Positions 38,330-51,490 of a stretch of DNA of 64,000 bases are shown here, piece after piece. Under the pieces are notes generated by a model, which worked only from the letters and a program-made list of their open reading frames with translations, made no database searches and was not told the DNA's origin. Origin of the DNA: Epiperipatus broadwayi (Eukaryota; Animalia; Onychophora); contig JAQFVV010000006.1 of the NCBI GenBank assembly GCA_028023455.1, forward strand, positions 1,116,001 to 1,180,000, written 5' to 3'. Position 1 is the first letter of the stretch. Every line of letters starts with the position of its first letter. The translations under genes and the position numbers were made by a program.

Positions 38330-40140
38330 ACTACACCTTTTGAATTATCCAGCATTTTAAATGAAGAACTGAGACATGCATTTCAATCTATGAAGAAGGG
38401 GAAAACTCACAGTAATGATGGAATTATAATCAATATCTTAAAAGGAGTAGATGATAAAATAGAAAAACTGTTGGCAAAGTTATACATCAAATGTCAAAAT
38501 GATAAGTTGTATACAGTAATAATATTAATATCTTAAAAAGATAACAAAGAAGTTATTAGAAGTTACAGACCTTTCAGGCTTTTATCAGTTCTACACAATA
38601 TTTTTGTTAAGATAATTACAAATCAAATACAATGCTTTGAATTTTAATCAACCAAAAGAACAAACTGGATTTAGAAAAGGTTTTAGCATAGTGGATCATA
38701 TCCAAGTGTTGAGAGAAATTATAGAACAACTGATGAATATGAGTTGCCAATATGCTTTGGATTTATAGATTATGAAAAGGCATTTGCTTCTATAAGCATT
38801 TCTACAGTGATTAATGCACTGGATCATCATATTCTGAAGAATATTTATCAAAATGCAACAGCAAGGATTAGTTTAATGGTGAGATGGGTGTAAAACAGGG
38901 CAATTCCATATCTTCAAAGCATTTTATAATAGTTTTACAAAAACATTATCTGAATTAAAATTGGAAGCTAATGAAATAATTGTGAAATAATTGTGTAGAT
39001 AATGTAGTTGTTTTTGCAAATAATGCTACAGAGTTTCAGAAAATGTTGCAAGAGTTAGCAGATGAAAGTAAAAAAAAAGTAGGATTAAAGATAAAAAACT
39101 AAAATGTAGTGCTGTAAGGTTTGCCTCGTACGTGTATGTAAATGGATTATGTCCTGTACATGAGGGGTCAGAGTGACTTATGGTTAACATGGGTAGGATG
39201 AGCAGGTTGGCACCAATGTGTGCTTTAAGCATTCGATCATCAAATTTTCAATGAAATGGATGGCTAAAGAGTTGTGGGGTGGAGTGGATTGAATCCTGTC
39301 CATTAATTAAAGTATGAAGATTGGCTATCTTAATATAAGTTGAGCATTGATTGAATATGTATGTGAAGATGATAATCTAGACCAACTGATGAGTGCTGGT
39401 TTAGCATGAAATAAATAGGTTGCTGATTATTTATCTTTTCTACATGCATGTGATCTAGTGTGTCAACAGTATGAGATAGTGTGGATAGTTGAGGGCCATG
39501 TGAAAGTGTCAGTTCAAACCACCTATATATTACCTATTGGAGTGCAGGTATGAAAAGCCTGTACTGTAGAAAAAATTAATATATTAAAAAGTCTAAAGTA
39601 ATTTTCAATGGAAAAGAAGAAAATAAAAAATTGATGACGATAAATACCTTAATCAGATTATTAATACAAATGGAAACAAAAGTTTTGATGAAGTGCCTAT
39701 GTATTTGAAAAGGAAAGTCTTTAATAAATATGTTTACCAAGTCTTATTTATAAACCTAAGAATCGGATATTTAATTGAAGATCAATACAAAGACTCTACA
39801 CCAGTCAATGGAATATGAAGAGAAGTATATTAGGAGTAACAAGAAGGAAATGGAAATGAAATACACAGGTGAAAGAAAAAACAAGTATTATTGACATCAC
39901 TGAAAGAATTAAGAGATCAAATTTCTAGAAAAAATGATAATAGATGTACAGTTGAAATCTTAAAATGGATCCCATGAAATTGCAAAGACTTAGAATGAGA
40001 CCAGATGTGAGATAGTTGAATGAGATAAGGAAATTTGATGTTATGTGGAGAAAGAGACACTCGAGATTTGAAAATCTGGATTAAACAGTGAAACACTTTC
40101 ATCCAACTGTCGATCGATAATAGTTGAAAATGATGATTAA
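38330..40140 (+). mobile_element. RTE-type LINE reverse transcriptase and 3' end, interrupted by a family B copy
   Basis: YRPFRLLSVL..QPKEQTGFRKGFSIVDHI..FIDYEKAF..GVKQG..DNVVVFA..SKKVGLKI; resumes at about 39575. Confidence 0.9.
39110..39570 (+). mobile_element. HHR family B, about 460-bp sense copy inserted in the RTE RT
   Basis: HHR 39381-39423 (ACCAA-CTGATGA-GTGCT-ggttt-AGCAT-GAAAT..); upstream part is the reverse complement of 21930-22120. Confidence 0.85.
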
Positions 40141-41644
40141 CGGGATATCTTGGAAACAGTTAGAAAAATCTTTAATCTGCAGAGAGCTATTTAAGAATTG
40201 TTTTAACTTTTATAAGTAATTTTAAATAAATAATAGAAGGACTTTATTGCCCGGAAGTTTAAACATCGGAAGTAACAGAACTGGACTACTATCCACGGAA
40301 TTTGAGATCCAGAGTTTAACGTTATAAAGCTGTACCAAATTAAGTAGGACAGAAACTTTCAATCATTTATTGTTATACTAGGCTCTTTTTGTGTGTGTGG
40401 CTTTAAGTTATTGATTTATTTAAAAAGAAAAACTTCCAGAACAATATAATTTTATTGATTGAAGCATTTATTCACTTATATGGGTTAACTGCAATTTATT
40501 TCCCCGTGATCGATTTTTCAAAATTTGACTCTAAATCTTTTTATTTCCGTTAATGATCTAACGTTACATGAGATTTAAATAAAGTGATTTCTATTTAATT
40601 CCACCCCTATCCCCATCATTAATGAAATAGTTTAATATCATTTTTTCTTCATAATTGCCACAAACTACTAAATTTCTTATACTTCTTTTTAGTCTTCTTG
40701 CTTAAATAGCAAAATCTTCGGGTTTTTTTTTTACAGACTCCATTTGATTGGTTATTTTGCGAAAACTTTTTAAATCATTAATGTTTTTGAATTTTTTTTT
40801 TTTTCAAAATTCTTATAGAAAATTATTATTTTTTTTTTCAGATGAAACAAATTAGCTACCTAAACTGAATTCTATCGGAAGCAAATACTCACCAATTAAC
40901 GTTTAAAGAATTAGCATATTCTTCCTGCCACCTGGTGCTGAAATTGAATTATTAAAAGATTACAATTTTATATTGATACCAAGTGGCATAAAGCTTTTGA
41001 TGGCGACGAGGGTGTTATTTTTTTGTTAAAAAACACTTTTGAATATAGTTTGCAATACTTTACATACGAAAGACCTCACACTATATAGATTATTGCAATG
41101 GTAAAGTAATGCATTTTAGAGCTAAAGGTTCCTGGATTGATGTTCAATTTGTCACTTGAATATCACAAGACCTTTGAGCAACTAATCATCTAACTATCCA
41201 TTTATGAAGTCATTGAAGAGATGTCAGAATATCCCAGTGAGATAAGTGTCTAGCTGTTCAAAAAATGAAAATAAGTAACAAATTATCGTAGGTCAGAGTG
41301 GCCACAGTTTTTGAATATAAAAGCCACATATGCTAAGCTTCAGTTAGAAAACAAAACATGAATAAAAATTAAATGTGAATCTTTAGAGATCAGTATATAA
41401 ATAAGTAAATAATTAGGGTGCTGATTAATTGAGGAAGAGGGAGAAATTTGCTGCCACATTACAATGATATGAATTTATTTCAGTTATTTTATTAGAAATT
41501 TATTTTACCAGTGGGCATATAAAATTCACCCATTCATTACATATGGGAGCCAACCATTATTTCCGGTTTAGTGATGGAGAGAGAGGGTGAGGGACACCAA
41601 AAAAGTTCCAGTTTTATAAATATAATAAAAGGTATTCATCAGCA

Positions 41645-41950
41645 AGCATCACATGATCACATCTCCAATACTAGCACATAATTGTTTATAAACAAAGCAA
41701 AGCACAACTCCATATAGTAGTGCCACCTGTGCTAGACAGAGTAATCAATGGATGCCAGAAGGCTTGTGCATAAAATTCCTATCTAATGCCTACTCACTGA
41801 TGAAGGCCACAAGCCAGAAACTAGTCTGGGGATATTGGATGAGTAGGCATTAGATAGGGATTTTATGCACAAGCCTTCTGGCATCCATTGATTACTCTGT
41901 TTAGCACAGGTGACACTACTATATGGAGTTTTGCTTTGCTTTGTTTATAA
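41645..41950. mobile_element. HHR family A, young asymmetric palindrome
   Basis: Antisense arm joins the sense arm at ctca microhomology (tgcctactca|ctgatgaagg); HHR core 41797-41826. Confidence 0.95.
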
Positions 41951-42814
41951 AATGTATCCATGAAGTAGTTTTTAAATTGTTAATATGAATTAGCTTCAAC
42001 AATCACAAAGCATTCAAATTTATATATCAATTGGTTTCAAAATTCTTTCTGATTTTTATTTTACATATACTGAATTTATTTAATATAGTAATGGACTATG
42101 AAAAGATTTAAAAATGTATTCAAAGTTGCATTTCAGTAATATTTCTTTTATGATTTGTGAGATACCTCATGGTGATCCTTCTACATTATAAGTTACATTG
42201 TACAAGATACTCTAACATTACAATTAATTTAGCTTACAAATTTACTCATGTAAAACTTACTAAGATTTAGTTATTATTTTCATCAAAAGGTGGAGTCTTG
42301 TCTTGCAAAACTGTGCCTGTGTTGTAGCAAAGATGAATTTAGGAGGAAAGACAGAACTGACAATGGACATTGTTTGTGAATCTTAGATGCAAGAGAAGCT
42401 GAAAGAGGGTAATTTTTAATATAAGTTGTTATATATATATAATATTAATAGCTAAAATCTAAACTATTCAATAAAAATAAGTTACATGAAATTCAAAATT
42501 AAGAAAGTAGTGAAAATTTAAAAATTAATATTTCACAACCAGTTGATTTCACTGCTAGGACAAACTTAGATCTGGCAATGAAATTACATGGTTGTGAAAT
42601 TATAGTTTTTAAATTTTGGATAGTATTTTAAATTCTGAATCCAAAATGTTTTTTATTTTTATTTTGGAAGTTAAGATGAAAAACATACAATAATAGCATA
42701 ATTTTATTTAGGTATGTTTTTTTTTAATTTTAATAATAATTTTTTAAAAAAAATGTATAACATTGTTTTTAATTAATAAAACAAGACACAAAATGTGTAA
42801 CTTGCTTTAAGCTT

Positions 42815-43190
42815 GTACTAAAATGTTCACTAGATGGAGCTTACCACTAGCTCCTAAGAAGCTTTAATTATAAGTGCTGAAAGAAAAAGAATTCATAATC
42901 TCTCTCGAAAAATCCTTATCCCCAGACCAATTGATTTCAAGCTTATGGCTCATGTTTCTGAAAAATTTAAGTTTTCAAATTGATATTAACATATTAAATA
43001 AGTGCTGTTGCTTGAGTTGGAGTTTTAGATCTAATATATGAAATCCTAGCTCCTCACTGAGATGACCCATACGCTCGAAACCGAATGGTCTGGGGATGAG
43101 GATTTTCCGATAGAGATTTTGAATTCTTTCTCTTTTGGCATTTATAATTAAAGCTTGTTAGGAGCTAGGGTAAGCTCCATCTAGTGAACA
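42815..43190. mobile_element. HHR family A-related variant with extended helix III, divergent palindrome
   Basis: 43051-43096: TCCTCA-CTGA(-)GA..gctc-GAAACC-gaat-GGTC-TGGGGA; outer arms tagatggagcttacc..ctagctcctaa match. Confidence 0.8.
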
Positions 43191-43589
43191 TTGTTTTTAA
43201 AAATATAGTTTTTAGACTTTTTTTTTTACTTCTAAAAGTGTATATATATATATATAATATAAAACCCTGCAACAGAAAATATAATAAAATTTAATTAAAT
43301 AAATCAAGTATACTTTCAACGTATTATTATCTTAATGATGATTAACAAACAAACTATAAAAATACAATATTTTACCTTTAAAAAAACATTTTTCTTATTA
43401 AATGACTCTTGGTTTGCTGATTCGTCATAGATTTATTATGTGCAGTAAACTAAGCCTCCTTAATCTTTTGCTTTCCACCGTTTCTTTTCTAACAAATCAC
43501 CTCAACAATATCAAGATCCAAACCATGCCCATATTCCTTTTCATGATTATAAAATACATCCACATTTCATGATCGCCATTCCTTATACT

Positions 43590-43930
43590 TGCTCAAGCTG
43601 TTGAAACAGGCAAAACTCTCAATACAGTAGCACCACTCAGTGCAAACCAGAGTAATCAATGGATGCAAGAAGGTTTGTTCACAAAATCCCTATCTAGTGC
43701 ATAATCATCCAATATCCCCAGACTAGTTTCCTAGCTTGTAGCTTTCATCAGTGAGGAGCCACTCAGATCCAAGGCTCTTCACTGATGAAAGCCACAAGTT
43801 AGAAACTAGTCTGTGGATATTGGATGAGTAGGAACTAGATAGGGATTTTATGCACAAACCTTCTTGCATCCATTGATTATTCTGGCATGCACTGAATGGT
43901 GCTATTGCATAGAGAGTTTTGTCTGTTTTT
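43590..43930. mobile_element. HHR family A palindrome with an HHR in both arms
   Basis: Minus-strand HHR at about 43716-43757; plus-strand core CTGATGA 43782-43788, GTC 43809-43811. Confidence 0.93.
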
Positions 43931-44729
43931 GCATACACATTTGTCAAATAATTTTTAGAATTTTCATACAGAAGTGAATGTTGTGCCATTCTTGTCCTCA
44001 AATATGCTTTTGTTTCACCTTAGTATATATGCAGCAATCTATTTGGCTGCAACCCCCTGCATACACAACCTTACAGCAATCCAATTTATTTATATTATCT
44101 ATATTATTTATTAAACCTATTCAAATCTACGAGTGTCCTAAATCCAACATTGAACTTGTCTGCACAAATTTTTCCAATTTTATTTCCAATACTCTGTACA
44201 TATGGTAGTGTTATCCATTCACCCATTATTATCTCTAACTTTTCCATTCTTATGCATAATATTTCTTTTAAAACATCCAACATACCTATATATATATCAG
44301 CTGCTTTAAAATTAGATTTTATCGTATCAGAAATATAAATTTCCAAATTCTCATTTTTGTCAGATTCAAACTTACATACATAGTTGTATAGATGCAAAAA
44401 TGTTCTCAACCCCACAAATTTTAAATGATATTCATACGTGAAATCTCACTCTGACATATGCTCTACCAGAGGTGAATATATGTATATGTTGTAATAATTT
44501 TTTTTTTTCACAAACATATTACTTTATTAAAACATCATGTATGTTAAATTTTTTTTAAAAGAAACAAAAAAAGTTGACATTGTGAGGATTAACATTAAAT
44601 GAGATTGCCAAAAATTAAAATATAAAATGTTTAAAAATTAATTATAAAGTTTAATATTTTTATTTATCTTTTATGCTAATTATTGTAAATAGACGCTTAC
44701 CCAGCATGTTTGATGCACATTTTTAACAT

Positions 44730-44880
44730 ATATGTGTTCAAGTGTATCAGTGTTATGAGATAGTGTGGAGAGTGGTGGATCATGTGAAAGTCTGTGCTCA
44801 TATACCCTATATATTACATATATACACACAGGTATATAATAAGCCTGTGTTTCAGTTATTATATGTCAAAGAGTTGTGTT
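44730..44880 (+). mobile_element. HHR family B 3' fragment
   Basis: tatgagatagtgtggagagtggtggatcatgtgaaagtctgtgctc shared with about 22190, 39470 and 49015. Confidence 0.75.
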
Positions 44881-45139
44881 TATGCCACAATTTGATGACT
44901 CTTGCAGTAAATTTTACATTTACTTAGAAGTCTGAAATCTAACAGATACTTTTACACTTTAAATGGACCCTTAGCACTAGGTATATGCGTGGAACGAACT
45001 AAAAATTTTAGATGTATTTATTTTTGTTCAATAAATTAAATTGAGTTCTACAATATTAGCTTTAATTTTCATTTGTTTTGTACCCACTTTCTTAAGTAGT
45101 AGTAATTGAACAGTTAATTGTGCAGAAAATTTTCAGAAC

Positions 45140-45580
45140 CATCAAACATCACACGATCACCATTCTTTCTGTGTACACAAGCTGTTTTCACAGAGGTAAA
45201 ACTCTCCATACAGTAGCCTCACTCAGTGCAAGCCAGGGTAATGAATAGCTGCAGGAAGGTTTGTGCATAAAATCCCTACCTAGTGTTTACTCATCCAATA
45301 TCCCCAGACTAGTTTCTAGCTTGTGGCTTTCATCAGTAAGTTGAAAGCCACAAGCTAAAAATTTGTATGGGGATATTGGATCGGTAGGCACTAGATAGAG
45401 ATTTTATGCATAAACCTTCCTGCATCCAATGAATTGAAAGCCACAAGCTAGAACTAATCTGGAGTAATTAAATGAGTAGGTACTAGATAGGGATTTTATG
45501 TACAAACCTTCCTGCATCCATTGATTACTCTGGCTTGCACTAAGTGGCACTACTGTATGGAAAGTACTGCCTCTGTGAAT
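45140..45580. mobile_element. HHR family A palindrome with a duplicated sense segment
   Basis: Antisense arm to 45340, then two sense segments both starting at ttgaaagccacaagcta (about 45341 and 45435). Confidence 0.92.
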
Positions 45581-46711
45581 TTGTCAGAAATTTGGAGCAT
45601 CAAAAGCAAATTGATGTACGTGGGTTCAAGAGTCTACCACCCTAACACTGCACAAGACTACATAGAACACACTTTTTTGTCTAACATTTAAACAGTGTGA
45701 TCTTAAAAAATTGGGAAATATAAGCTTTATGTTTCAAATTTAAGAACATTTCAGATTGATTGCCCATGAGTACATATGGTATTAGTCCACTTCTTAACAT
45801 TCACTTGTTGTCTTTACTTTTTCCCCAATAATTAAAAAATTTGTTTAACAAGGTTTTCTCTATGTACATTTAACATATGCTTTTAGACAAATAATTTATT
45901 CTATTCCAGAATCATCTATTGTAAATTTGAGCTAAGATGGAAACTGCATGGTAATATTCTTATGCCACATACCTGGATTAATTTCTCGTTTAAGTGCAAA
46001 AACTTTTTATTAACAAAGAACATAAATTAATCCAGGGTTACAAACATAAAAGCACTACTACTATCTAGCATTCATTGGTTATTGATGTTTACAATTGAGT
46101 GTTTGAGAGAAATGTAAATAGAAGAATGAACGTCTGCTCTTAAAAGCATAATTACTTTTTGTTTAATTTTTCTATTCATTGAATGTATTTAAAGTTATAA
46201 ATTAATCTAACAATAACAAATCAATTCTATAGTCTTCACAGTGTATGATAAAGCAAGGGCGGCTCTCTACTTCAGTGTCACCTATTGTAAGCATGAATAA
46301 CTAGTGGGATCTAAATCCAGAATTGCATTACTGTCAGCTTTAATTTCTAAGCTGTACTAATAAAGCCAAAAACCAGAAAGCTGTTGATGGAATAGAATTT
46401 AAATGCATTACCATTCAATAAGCATGGTTTACTCAAAATTACAGTAGATGGCACTGCTTTTGTTTTATCACATTAATTGTTACATTTTTATTTACAACTG
46501 TCAAACTCACTCCACTCACAACTTTGACACCATTCACCTCAGATAAATAGAATCATGATTATTACTAATTTATTAAACTAGAGATTATCTCTAGTACAGA
46601 TATAAACTTTAAATCTCAGTTAAAGGTTAATATATCTGATTTTTTAATTTTAATATACACACACATGGAGTTATTCACCTTTCTTTTTCACATGTGTAAT
46701 ATCTTTATAGA

Positions 46712-46865
46712 TATATTAAACAACCTCCATATTTCCACATTCTTTTAAATTCATGTAAATAAAGATACAATAAAAAACAAATGCATCTTAGGGGTCATTT
46801 GGCTTTTATTGTATCTTTATATGAAGTAAAAAAGAATGGAGAAGTGTGGAAGTTGTTTAATATAT
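46712..46865. repeat. Inverted repeat
   Basis: atattaaacaacctcc..taaagatacaataaaa versus ttttattgtatcttta..gaagttgtttaatat. Confidence 0.7.
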
Positions 46866-47529
46866 CAATAAATTAATCTATGTCCTGCATAATTTGCATA
46901 ATGGTAGAGTGGTGGATTTAAATGCCAAAATATTGATTCTCAACTGAGAAAAGTGGAGAAAATAACTTTTTTTAAAAAAAAAAAATTAGAATTTATTGAT
47001 CAATCAGAATTACAAGATGAATACAATATGTTTTTCTGTTTGTTAAGCATTGCTATCTATGTCTTATCTTGTGGATGTCTGGTTGAGCTTGAGGCTGTAA
47101 GGGATTGTTTAGAATAAAGAATTCTTGGGTTGTTTGTGGAATATTCAGGTTTAAGGCAACTGATAGATTGCCCAGGTGTCTTTAAATATTTCCATAGGGT
47201 TTACTATTTGTCTCTTGTCTTAACTTTCTTTATGATCTTGCAAAATGTAGAGTATAAATCACAGTTATTATTTTTGATCGTAATGACATAATATTAGATA
47301 TTCAAGGCAATAACTGATCTACATAGAGTAATGTATAAATTTAAATAGCATCTTTAACTTAGTCCATCATGTTTCAGCACCCTGATAACTTATGAAAACC
47401 GGAAGCCCTAATGCATAAGGTGTTTATCTATTGTTAATAATCAAATGAGAAAATTGATGATGATCTGTGAAGCTCTGCTTTGCTTATAAAATAGTGTTAT
47501 GAGAGACTCTGCAAGAGATTAAATATATT

Positions 47530-48310
47530 ATATATGAGTGAAAACAGGGCAACCCTTGAAATTTAATGTTCAAATATAGTCCCAAAAACATTCACTGTTG
47601 AGCAAAGAATTATTAATTTATTAGATAAAATCTCTGGCTTGCAGCACAACCACTAAACCGTAATGTATAATGCTATTATTTCTAACAAATGAATGATACC
47701 CAATTCTGGCAACAATCCCCACAGCACTCTCCTCCCAGCCTCAAACTGCATAGGGACTAGTATTTGGGTCCCCAGGGACCCTCCCCACAACCAGACACTC
47801 ATTTAGTCAGCAAGGTTGAGTTGAATCTAATTTTTTCTTCAATTCTCCAATAGACTTCTCTGGAAACTTACATGTTAGAATTAGTGTTAATTTTGATGTT
47901 CAGCATTTAAAATAGAAAAATGTTTTGAGAGATAACTTAATAGATTTAATACAGGATGTATGGGTGAAAATTAGAGAAAACTTGAAAATAATGTTTAAAT
48001 TCAGTCGAAAAGCCAAATCACAGTTGAGCAAAGTTTTCCTTAAATTAAGTAAAATCTCTGGTTTGTAATGCAATTACTTAACCCGCTATGAATAATGTTA
48101 CTCTTGCTAACAAATGAATGAGCTATACAATTCTGATAATGATTCCCACAGCATCCTCCTCCCAGCTCCGGCCCATAAAAAAACTAGAATTTAGGTCCCA
48201 AGGACTCTCCCAACAACCAGACACTCTCACTCAGCCAGAAAAGCAAAGTTAAATCAAAATTCTTTTTGAAAAATGAATTTTTTCATAGAATTCTCTAGAA
48301 ACTTGAATGG
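47530..48310 (+). repeat. Old tandem pair of about 430-bp units (possible PLE terminal repeats)
   Basis: Colinear motifs gttgagcaaag, aaaatctctgg, ctaacaaatgaatg, cccacagca, caaccagacactc occur in both units. Confidence 0.7.
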
Positions 48311-48782
48311 CTGCCATTTACTTCTAACAGCGCTTTAAAGAAAATTTGTAATCATTCTTTCTTGTTATCAGTTGGTGCCATAAGTCTTGTATGAAAAGAG
48401 ACCTGAGAGATAACTCTTGTCAATTGGAATTGGTTTAGGGAAATATTCCCTAAACCATAACTAAGGTGACTAAGATGGGGAGACAGTAACAGAGTGAATG
48501 ATCCCTTTCTGTTTGTTTAATTAAATGGAACAACCAGTCTCAGCCTACTATTTTGATGCTTAAACATCGCATGATATCTAAAGCAACTGACCACATGATT
48601 ACTTTTATATTACTATGAATTTGTTGTAAACTTCGATAGTTTTCTATTATATATAAGCAATCACATTTTTCAAGGTAAAAAGTTCAAACCAAAGTGGGGA
48701 TAATTTTACTATCTTATCAAAGAATGATCGTTTTATTTAATTATAATATTAAGACATTGTACAGGTTTAAACCTGCATTTAT

Positions 48783-49070
48783 ATATGTAATATATGCAGG
48801 ATTCGAACTCAGACTTTCACACAACCCACTACTCTCAGTGCCATCTCATATTGCTGACCCACCTGATCACACACATGTTGAAAAAATAAATAATCACTAA
48901 TATACGTATTTCATGCTAAACCAGCAATCATCAGTTGGTCTAGATTACTATTCTCACACATACATATAATCAGTGCTCAGCTTTATATCTTTTCAACATG
49001 TGTGTGATCAGCAATATGAGATGGCACTGAGAGTAATGGGTCATGTGAAAGTCTGAATTTGAATCCCGCT
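48783..49070. mobile_element. HHR family B, divergent palindrome
   Basis: Minus strand 48896-48939: ACCAA-CTGATGA-ttgct-ggttt-agcat-GAAAT-ACGT-ATA-TTAGT. Confidence 0.88.
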
Positions 49071-49599
49071 TATAATATTAAGATAAGCGTACAAGTATAA
49101 ACAATAGTTTACTGTTTTACAAAATTCTAAATAAAATAAAAGATTGGAGGGAAAAAAAGAATGGTTAACTAAAGTTAAACAGAAAGTCTGTATATTTAAA
49201 AATAAAGTGCAGAAGATACCCCTATTTAGGCAAATTAATTGATCCACACCCCTATGCTGTAAGTTGAAATATATTTAACTGATAATGTATTATACAGTAT
49301 ATCTTGCCCACAATAATAACATTATAATAACGATATCATCATCATAATATTTATGAAAAATTTGAAAACTTTTTGCTCAGATTTTTTAAGTTGGAACAGG
49401 ACCACTTGTGAGGGTATATGCTGCTTTTAATCGAATATTATGTTCGCGTCACCTACCGCCCAAAAATAACATTAAAAAATCTTTTAAAGAAAATCTTCAT
49501 ATTTAAAAAAATGATTTCGATATAATAATATAAAAATATTAATATGTTTCTGTTGAAGTTGTTTACATTGGTGGTATACTGCAGAGGGTTTGAGGCCTG

Positions 49600-49760
49600 T
49601 CAATTGAGCTGTAGTAGGTGGCTATCAAGATGTATGCTGTGTGGGTGATGGATGTGGGAGATCGTGATCTGAGCCAACTGATGAGTGCTGGTTCAGCATG
49701 AGATATGAATTTTGGGGATCATTTATCCATTTTGCATCTTTGATTGTGTGTTTCAATGGT
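49600..49760 (+). mobile_element. HHR family B diverged fragment
   Basis: 49673-49714: gccaa-CTGATGA-GTGCT-ggttc-AGCAT-gagat..ttgg. Confidence 0.7.
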
Positions 49761-50279
49761 CTATGATGGAATTGTGATTGATAAAGAAAAATAATAATGG
49801 AGTAAAAAAATTATGGAAGGGGAAAATTAAGGTTGGGGTTTCTCTAAAAGTGATGTGTATAAGAAGTTGAAATGGCACATGTGCTATATGAATTGCTTGA
49901 CAGGATTATGTTCTTGGTATGCTTGTAGTCTGGGAGGTTGGCTTGACTTCTGGGCTGATGGATGATTATGATTGGATTGCAAACACGATATAACTCATTG
50001 GGAGCTTTAGTTATTTCGTGTCCAGTTAAAAATAAAGTTACTATTTTAATTTTAATTTAGAAAAAACTAATAGAAACAAATATACTTGCATACTTTTCTA
50101 AGCAAATTGTAACATCCAAAAATATCTGACAGTTTTGACCGACCAACAGACTTCTTCAGAACTGTTACACACATAATAAGTATAAGTATCATTATTATAA
50201 CAGAGTTAAATATACAAAACAAATCTTTTCTAGAATATCCTAGCTAGTTAATCTATTGCCTTAAATTTAATATTCCCAA

Positions 50280-50520
50280 ACCTAAATATCCCAGATTCGA
50301 TTCCATAGCTAGTACTACCACTGGTCAGACCAGAAGCATCCGAAAAAGAGAGAGTAATACTACTTAAAATGTTGTGTTATATACTAATCTTCATGCTATT
50401 ACTAACAAAGAAATGTATTTGAAAAGTTTAAATAAAATATGAATTTTTCTAAATATATTTAAAAATCAGTATTAGATTATGGAAATGGTCCAACATATAA
50501 TTACAACTATAATAACATTG
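50280..50520 (+). mobile_element. Solo PLE terminal-repeat fragment
   Basis: Colinear with 8480-8700 (ctagtact..cactggtcag..tatactaa..tgctattactaac). Confidence 0.75.
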
Positions 50521-51049
50521 TTACAACTGTTCAGACAAACTATTATTTATTCATATTCAAAACTGCAAAAAATGAATGTAAATTTAATTCAAACTGATGC
50601 TTTATATTAACGTTCTATTTATATCACACATGTCTAAACATTGATTTTCAATTATTTTTAATTTTAAAATTAAGCAATTTTATAGCCTGTTATTGTGACC
50701 TATCAGAATAGCCTAATTTGTTAGAGTTTTGGAAAATAGCCTAATTAGGTAAAGCATCACCTTAAATTCAGTATTATCTAAAAATTACCAGTTCAAAATC
50801 CTACACTGGAACTGTCTCCAATTAAACCAAGAACACCGGAAAATAAAAGATAAAAATAGAACTTCTCACAGAGTTCTATACTAACTTACTGTTATATCTT
50901 TAATAACTGAATACATTTAGAAAATTTTACTAAATTTGAATTTTTCTGAAAACATTTAATAATTTAAATAGATAATCAAAATATTATAGTATAGATATAA
51001 AATACTACCATCTCAAATCTTAGGATAAACTATGATATTAAACCACTAA

Positions 51050-51490
51050 AATGTCACATGATCACCATTTCTTATGCTTACACAAGCTGTTAAAATAAAA
51101 GCAAATTTTTCCAATAGTAGTGCTATCCAGTGCCAGCCATAGTAATCAATGGATGCTAGAAGGTTTGTGTATTCAAATCCCTATATAATGCCTAAGTCAT
51201 TCAATATCCTCAAACTACTTTTTAACTTGGGTTTTTATTTTGAACTCATAGATTTATTGTTAATTAAAAAGTTAAAGGTTGCTGCAGAAGGGTTGCATTA
51301 GATCCAAAGAATTAGGCACAGTGCTCTCAGATCTAAGGCTCCTCACTGATGAAGGTCACAAGCTAGAAGCTAGTCTGGCAATTTTGGATGAGTATGCACT
51401 AGATTTTGATGCAAAACTTTCTAGCATCCATTGACTAGTAGGGCTTATGACTGGGTGGCATTATTGTTTGGAGAGATTTGCTGCTGTTGT
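51050..51490. mobile_element. HHR family A, older divergent palindrome
   Basis: Antisense arm 51050-51230; sense core CTGATGA 51346-51352 followed by mutated GAAGC-TA-GTC. Confidence 0.88.

Noticed and set aside
40840-41100. Coding exon after a strong tttcag acceptor
   Set aside because: All three frames stop early; fragments only vaguely resemble a LINE endonuclease.
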